A stretch of 64,000 bases of DNA, from the NCBI GenBank assembly GCA_963674705.1, contig OY771506.1:416001-480000 (forward strand). Reading direction: 5' to 3'. The notes beneath the pieces are model-generated. The model had not been told where the DNA came from and searched no databases. It saw nothing but the letters and a program-made list of their open reading frames with translations. Positions within the stretch are counted from its first letter, which is position 1. Each line of letters begins with the position of its first letter. The position numbers and the translations under genes were made by a program. Shown here one piece after another: positions 60,678 through 64,000 of the stretch. Source of the DNA: Phycisphaeraceae bacterium. GTDB taxonomy: Bacteria; Planctomycetota; Phycisphaerae; Phycisphaerales; Phycisphaeraceae.

Positions 60678-62120
60678 ATGAACACGTCTACGGCCCTTAG
60701 CGTTCAGTACACGACCACGGTCCGGCTGGAGTATCCGCACGATACCGGGTGGATGGCAAAAATCACCACGGTGATCGCGGAGCACGGCGGGTCGATCGGC
60801 TCGGTCGACCTTGTGCAGATCCGCAACGAGCGGACGCTGCGCGACTTCAGCGTCGAGTGCGCTTCGACGGATCATGCGCATGAAATTGTGCAAGCGCTTC
60901 AGAAGCTGGACGGACTTGTGGTGCGCAGCGTGTCAGACAACACGTTCCTGATGCATCTGGGTGGAAAGCTGGAAGTGCGATCGCGTGTGAAGCTCAAGAC
61001 ACGCGCGGACCTCTCGATGGCGTACACGCCAGGCGTGGCGCGCGTGTGTAACGCGATCGCCAAAGATGTCCAGCACTCGTTCAACTTGACAATCCGCAAG
61101 AACTGCATCGCGATCGTTTCCGACGGCAGCGCCGTGCTTGGTTTGGGTGACATCGGCCCCGAAGCGGCGATGCCCGTGATGGAGGGCAAGGCGGTCCTGT
61201 TCAAACAGTTCGGCGGGGTCGATGCGTTCCCGCTTTGCGTGGCGAGCAAGGATATCGACGAGATCATCAAGTTCTGCAAGATGATCGAGCCGACGTTCGG
61301 GGGGATCAACCTGGAAGACATCTCCGCGCCGCGTTGTTTTGAGATCGAAGAGACACTGAAACGCGAGCTTGACATCCCTGTGTTCCATGACGATCAGCAC
61401 GGGACGGCGGTGGTCGTGCTGGCGGGTCTGATTAATGCGCTGAAGATCGTGAACAAGAAACCGGGCGACGTGAAGGTCGTCGTGTCGGGCGCGGGGGCGG
61501 CGGGCGTGGCGTGTACGAAGATACTCATGTCGTACGGCGTAAAGAACACGGTCGTGTGCGACTCGAAAGGTGCGATCGACCACGTGCGCGATTACGGGAG
61601 CAACAAGGCCAAGCTCTGGCTTGCCGAGAAGACGAATGCGGATAACGAACAGGGACACCTGTCGGACGTGATCCGCGGCGCGGATATTTTCCTGGGTGTA
61701 TCGCAGCCGAATGTACTGACAAAAGAAGATGTGCAGGCGATGAACAGCGACCCGATCATCTTTGCATTGAGCAATCCGGACCCGGAGATTGCGCCGAATA
61801 TTGCGCACGAAGTGGCGGCGGTAGTCGGGACGGGGCGCAGCGACTTCCCGAATCAGATCAATAACGTGCTGGCGTTCCCGGGGATATTCCGCGGCGCGTT
61901 ATCGGCGAGGGCGCGGGATATCAATGAGCCGATGAAACTCGCGGCCGCCGAGGCGATCGCTTCGGTAATCAGTGAGCAGGAGTTGTCGGCCGAGTACGTG
62001 ATCCCGAGTATTTTCGATCGGCGTGTGACGCGCCTTGTTGCCGGTGCGGTGGCGAAGGCGGCGGAAGATACGGGGGTCGCGCGTCGGACACCGAAGAGCA
62101 CGATCGCCGTGTGGGCGTAA
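60678..62120 (+). CDS. NAD(P)-dependent malic enzyme with N-terminal ACT domain
   Basis: AYTPGVA, MEGKA, INLEDI, FHDDQHGT, GAGAAG, NQINN; GGAGG RBS. Confidence 0.94.
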   Translation: MNTSTALSVQYTTTVRLEYPHDTGWMAKITTVIAEHGGSIGSVDLVQIRNERTLRDFSVECASTDHAHEIVQALQKLDGLVVRSVSDNTFLMHLGGKLEVRSRVKLKTRADLSMAYTPGVARVCNAIAKDVQHSFNLTIRKNCIAIVSDGSAVLGLGDIGPEAAMPVMEGKAVLFKQFGGVDAFPLCVASKDIDEIIKFCKMIEPTFGGINLEDISAPRCFEIEETLKRELDIPVFHDDQHGTAVVVLAGLINALKIVNKKPGDVKVVVSGAGAAGVACTKILMSYGVKNTVVCDSKGAIDHVRDYGSNKAKLWLAEKTNADNEQGHLSDVIRGADIFLGVSQPNVLTKEDVQAMNSDPIIFALSNPDPEIAPNIAHEVAAVVGTGRSDFPNQINNVLAFPGIFRGALSARARDINEPMKLAAAEAIASVISEQELSAEYVIPSIFDRRVTRLVAGAVAKAAEDTGVARRTPKSTIAVWA

Positions 62121-62180
62121 AATATCAGCCTGGTTTGGTCGAAGATCAGTACATCGATTGGAAGTTGTCAGGTAGCAGTT

Positions 62181-64000
62181 ATGGAAACCGCCCACCCGGA
62201 AGTTCACAAAACACTGAAGGTTTTCGGCGTTCAGTACACACACATCAAAACGCCTTGCGGCGGTGATCTGTGGCTGACGGATTACGGCATGGCGATGCGT
62301 AACCAGATGATGCCGGAGAACTGGTACGAGAACCGCTACTACCAGGCGTTCGGGCAGCGGCTATCGGGTTCGACGGGCACGGTGTACCGCGTTCGGCCGA
62401 AGAACGCACCGAAGCATACGGAGATCACGGTCAAGTTTTCTCGCGTCGGTCAGGAAGTGCCCCTGGTGATCGACCCGGACTTCCCTGATGACTTAAGTGA
62501 GATCGATGTAACGGGGGCGAGTTTCAACAGCCCGTGGGAAGAGTTCGGCCTGGTGATGGAATTACGAAGCGGCGGGTACGGCGCGAACGACCTGCGCATC
62601 AGAACGCAAAGGCCCTTGGCGATCTTCGCACCCGCGAAAGAGTTTGAGCTCTGGAAACTCGGACGGACCAACAGCCGATTCGACCCGCATATGTATTCGT
62701 TGAAGCGCGACCAGGCACGATACCCGTTAGCCGTCGAAATGGATATCCGCCGGGATTACCTCGTGCTCTATGGCTGGATCGGCGGGATCGATGCGGTCGA
62801 GGCGAGCAAGGAAGGATTCATCCGCGAGCCGGAGCTGCTGCAGTTCACCAGCGATGTGGTGGCGGACCTGCGGTCCAAGGGGTTCCGCGTGCTGGACAAC
62901 AAGCCTGACCACTTTATTGTGCGTCCCGATCCGCAGACCGGGCACCTGATCCGACGGGACGGGCGGATTGTTTATGCGTTGATTGATTTTGAATTACTTC
63001 AACGCACACCGTCAGGTCAGCAGGTGTATCGCACGCGCCAGCGTGAGCATTACTTCCGCGCGTTAGCGGGTCGTGTGAAGTCGAGCGCGGAGGTCACCGG
63101 CGCGACGCCCGTGAAAATCATGGGCGTGGACTATATCTACGGCCGAGCGCCGAACGGCGGGATGGTATGGGTCGTCGGGGATAATCCGGACCTGATCGGC
63201 TACTTCCAGCCGGACCGCTGGCGCAGAACGCCGCGCGTGAAGATGTCGCTGGGCGGGGAGATTTATCGCACGAGGACGCGCGACGATATTCATATCGTGT
63301 ATCGCATGTCGCGTTGCGGTCAGCGGCCGAACGCCGATCCGTTTTACGGCCACGGCAAGCGCGTGCGTGAATACGGCTACAACAGCCCGTTTGAAGAGGT
63401 CGCGGTTGCGGAGAAGTTGAGACACATGGGTATCCCGACCGTGCATCCGCGTGCGATCTACCGGACGGGCCACTTTACCAGCCGGGCGAGGCACCTGACC
63501 GAACCGAGCCGAACGATCAGCCACGCGCATTGGCTGACGCCGGACGATGAACACGAACCGATCCTCAGTGAGAACCACGACTACTACACGCTCTGGGGCC
63601 AGTGGCGTGGTATCGACCCGCTTTGGATGATCAAGCCGCGCGGGCGTTGGGGCTTTATCGATGCGGATCGTGCGCTGGCGACAGGTCTATTAAGTGAACG
63701 GGAAGTCAACCGGTCCTTGAACGGCAGCCGAAAGCAGTTGATCCTTGCTGGCTGCGATGAGACGCTGCTGGACGACCATCAGTTCCTGTTCATGTTCGAT
63801 AACGAGGGCAACCTTCAGAAGGACAAGAAAGGCAACTACGAAGTCGCGCTGGCGTTCGATGCGCTGACATCGCTGAACTTCGGGATGATCAGCGAGGATA
63901 CGTATGTTTACCTGATCGAGACGATGGCACGCAAGCTGAAGACGGCAGGCGTCGAAGCGCTGAACCTGACGGGCAGCCACCTGCTGTTGTCGTTTGATGT
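62181..64000 (+). CDS. Hypothetical protein with two tandem protein-kinase-like domains (partial, runs off window)
   Basis: Manual translation is open to the window end; GSTGTVY, TVKF, EEF, VLDNKPDH, LIDFE; internal duplication. Confidence 0.65.
   Translation, partial: METAHPEVHKTLKVFGVQYTHIKTPCGGDLWLTDYGMAMRNQMMPENWYENRYYQAFGQRLSGSTGTVYRVRPKNAPKHTEITVKFSRVGQEVPLVIDPDFPDDLSEIDVTGASFNSPWEEFGLVMELRSGGYGANDLRIRTQRPLAIFAPAKEFELWKLGRTNSRFDPHMYSLKRDQARYPLAVEMDIRRDYLVLYGWIGGIDAVEASKEGFIREPELLQFTSDVVADLRSKGFRVLDNKPDHFIVRPDPQTGHLIRRDGRIVYALIDFELLQRTPSGQQVYRTRQREHYFRALAGRVKSSAEVTGATPVKIMGVDYIYGRAPNGGMVWVVGDNPDLIGYFQPDRWRRTPRVKMSLGGEIYRTRTRDDIHIVYRMSRCGQRPNADPFYGHGKRVREYGYNSPFEEVAVAEKLRHMGIPTVHPRAIYRTGHFTSRARHLTEPSRTISHAHWLTPDDEHEPILSENHDYYTLWGQWRGIDPLWMIKPRGRWGFIDADRALATGLLSEREVNRSLNGSRKQLILAGCDETLLDDHQFLFMFDNEGNLQKDKKGNYEVALAFDALTSLNFGMISEDTYVYLIETMARKLKTAGVEALNLTGSHLLLSFD

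Overview
GC-rich bacterial DNA, most likely a planctomycete of the Phycisphaerae. This is inferred from PEP-CTERM proteins carrying GDxNGDGFVGLDDLD dockerin-like tails and from DUF1559-type prepilins. 1-17.8 kb is mostly housekeeping: partial membrane pyrophosphatase, rpsU, cydAB, murB, mnmA with an in-frame inverted heptamer-repeat insert, two tandem sulfotransferases, NUDIX, an RNase HII-like gene and tRNA-Glu(CTC), plus a frameshifted HUH/RAYT-type transposase bracketed by two matching REP-like palindromes. 18-30.3 kb is an accessory block: three CsgG/HfaB-like-domain proteins (one with ankyrin repeats) divergent from an ECF sigma/anti-sigma pair. 30.3-32.2 kb holds an SDR and a decayed AraC regulator. 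32.2-44.2 kb is a chitin/GlcNAc-type locus (GH16-like, GH20, prepilin, GH18, ROK, AlkP-TPR enzyme, two paralogous PEP-CTERM proteins, SSS symporter). 44.3-60.5 kb is a galactan locus (clan GH-A hydrolase, GPH transporter, an unknown 611-aa protein coupled to an 83-aa Cys4 protein, two GH53s, LacI with candidate operators, two paralogous PEP-CTERM proteins, prepilin, SGLT-type symporter, galK). The window ends with an ACT-domain malic enzyme and a tandem kinase/pseudokinase-like ORF that runs off the edge. All family calls come from motif reading only; no searches were run.
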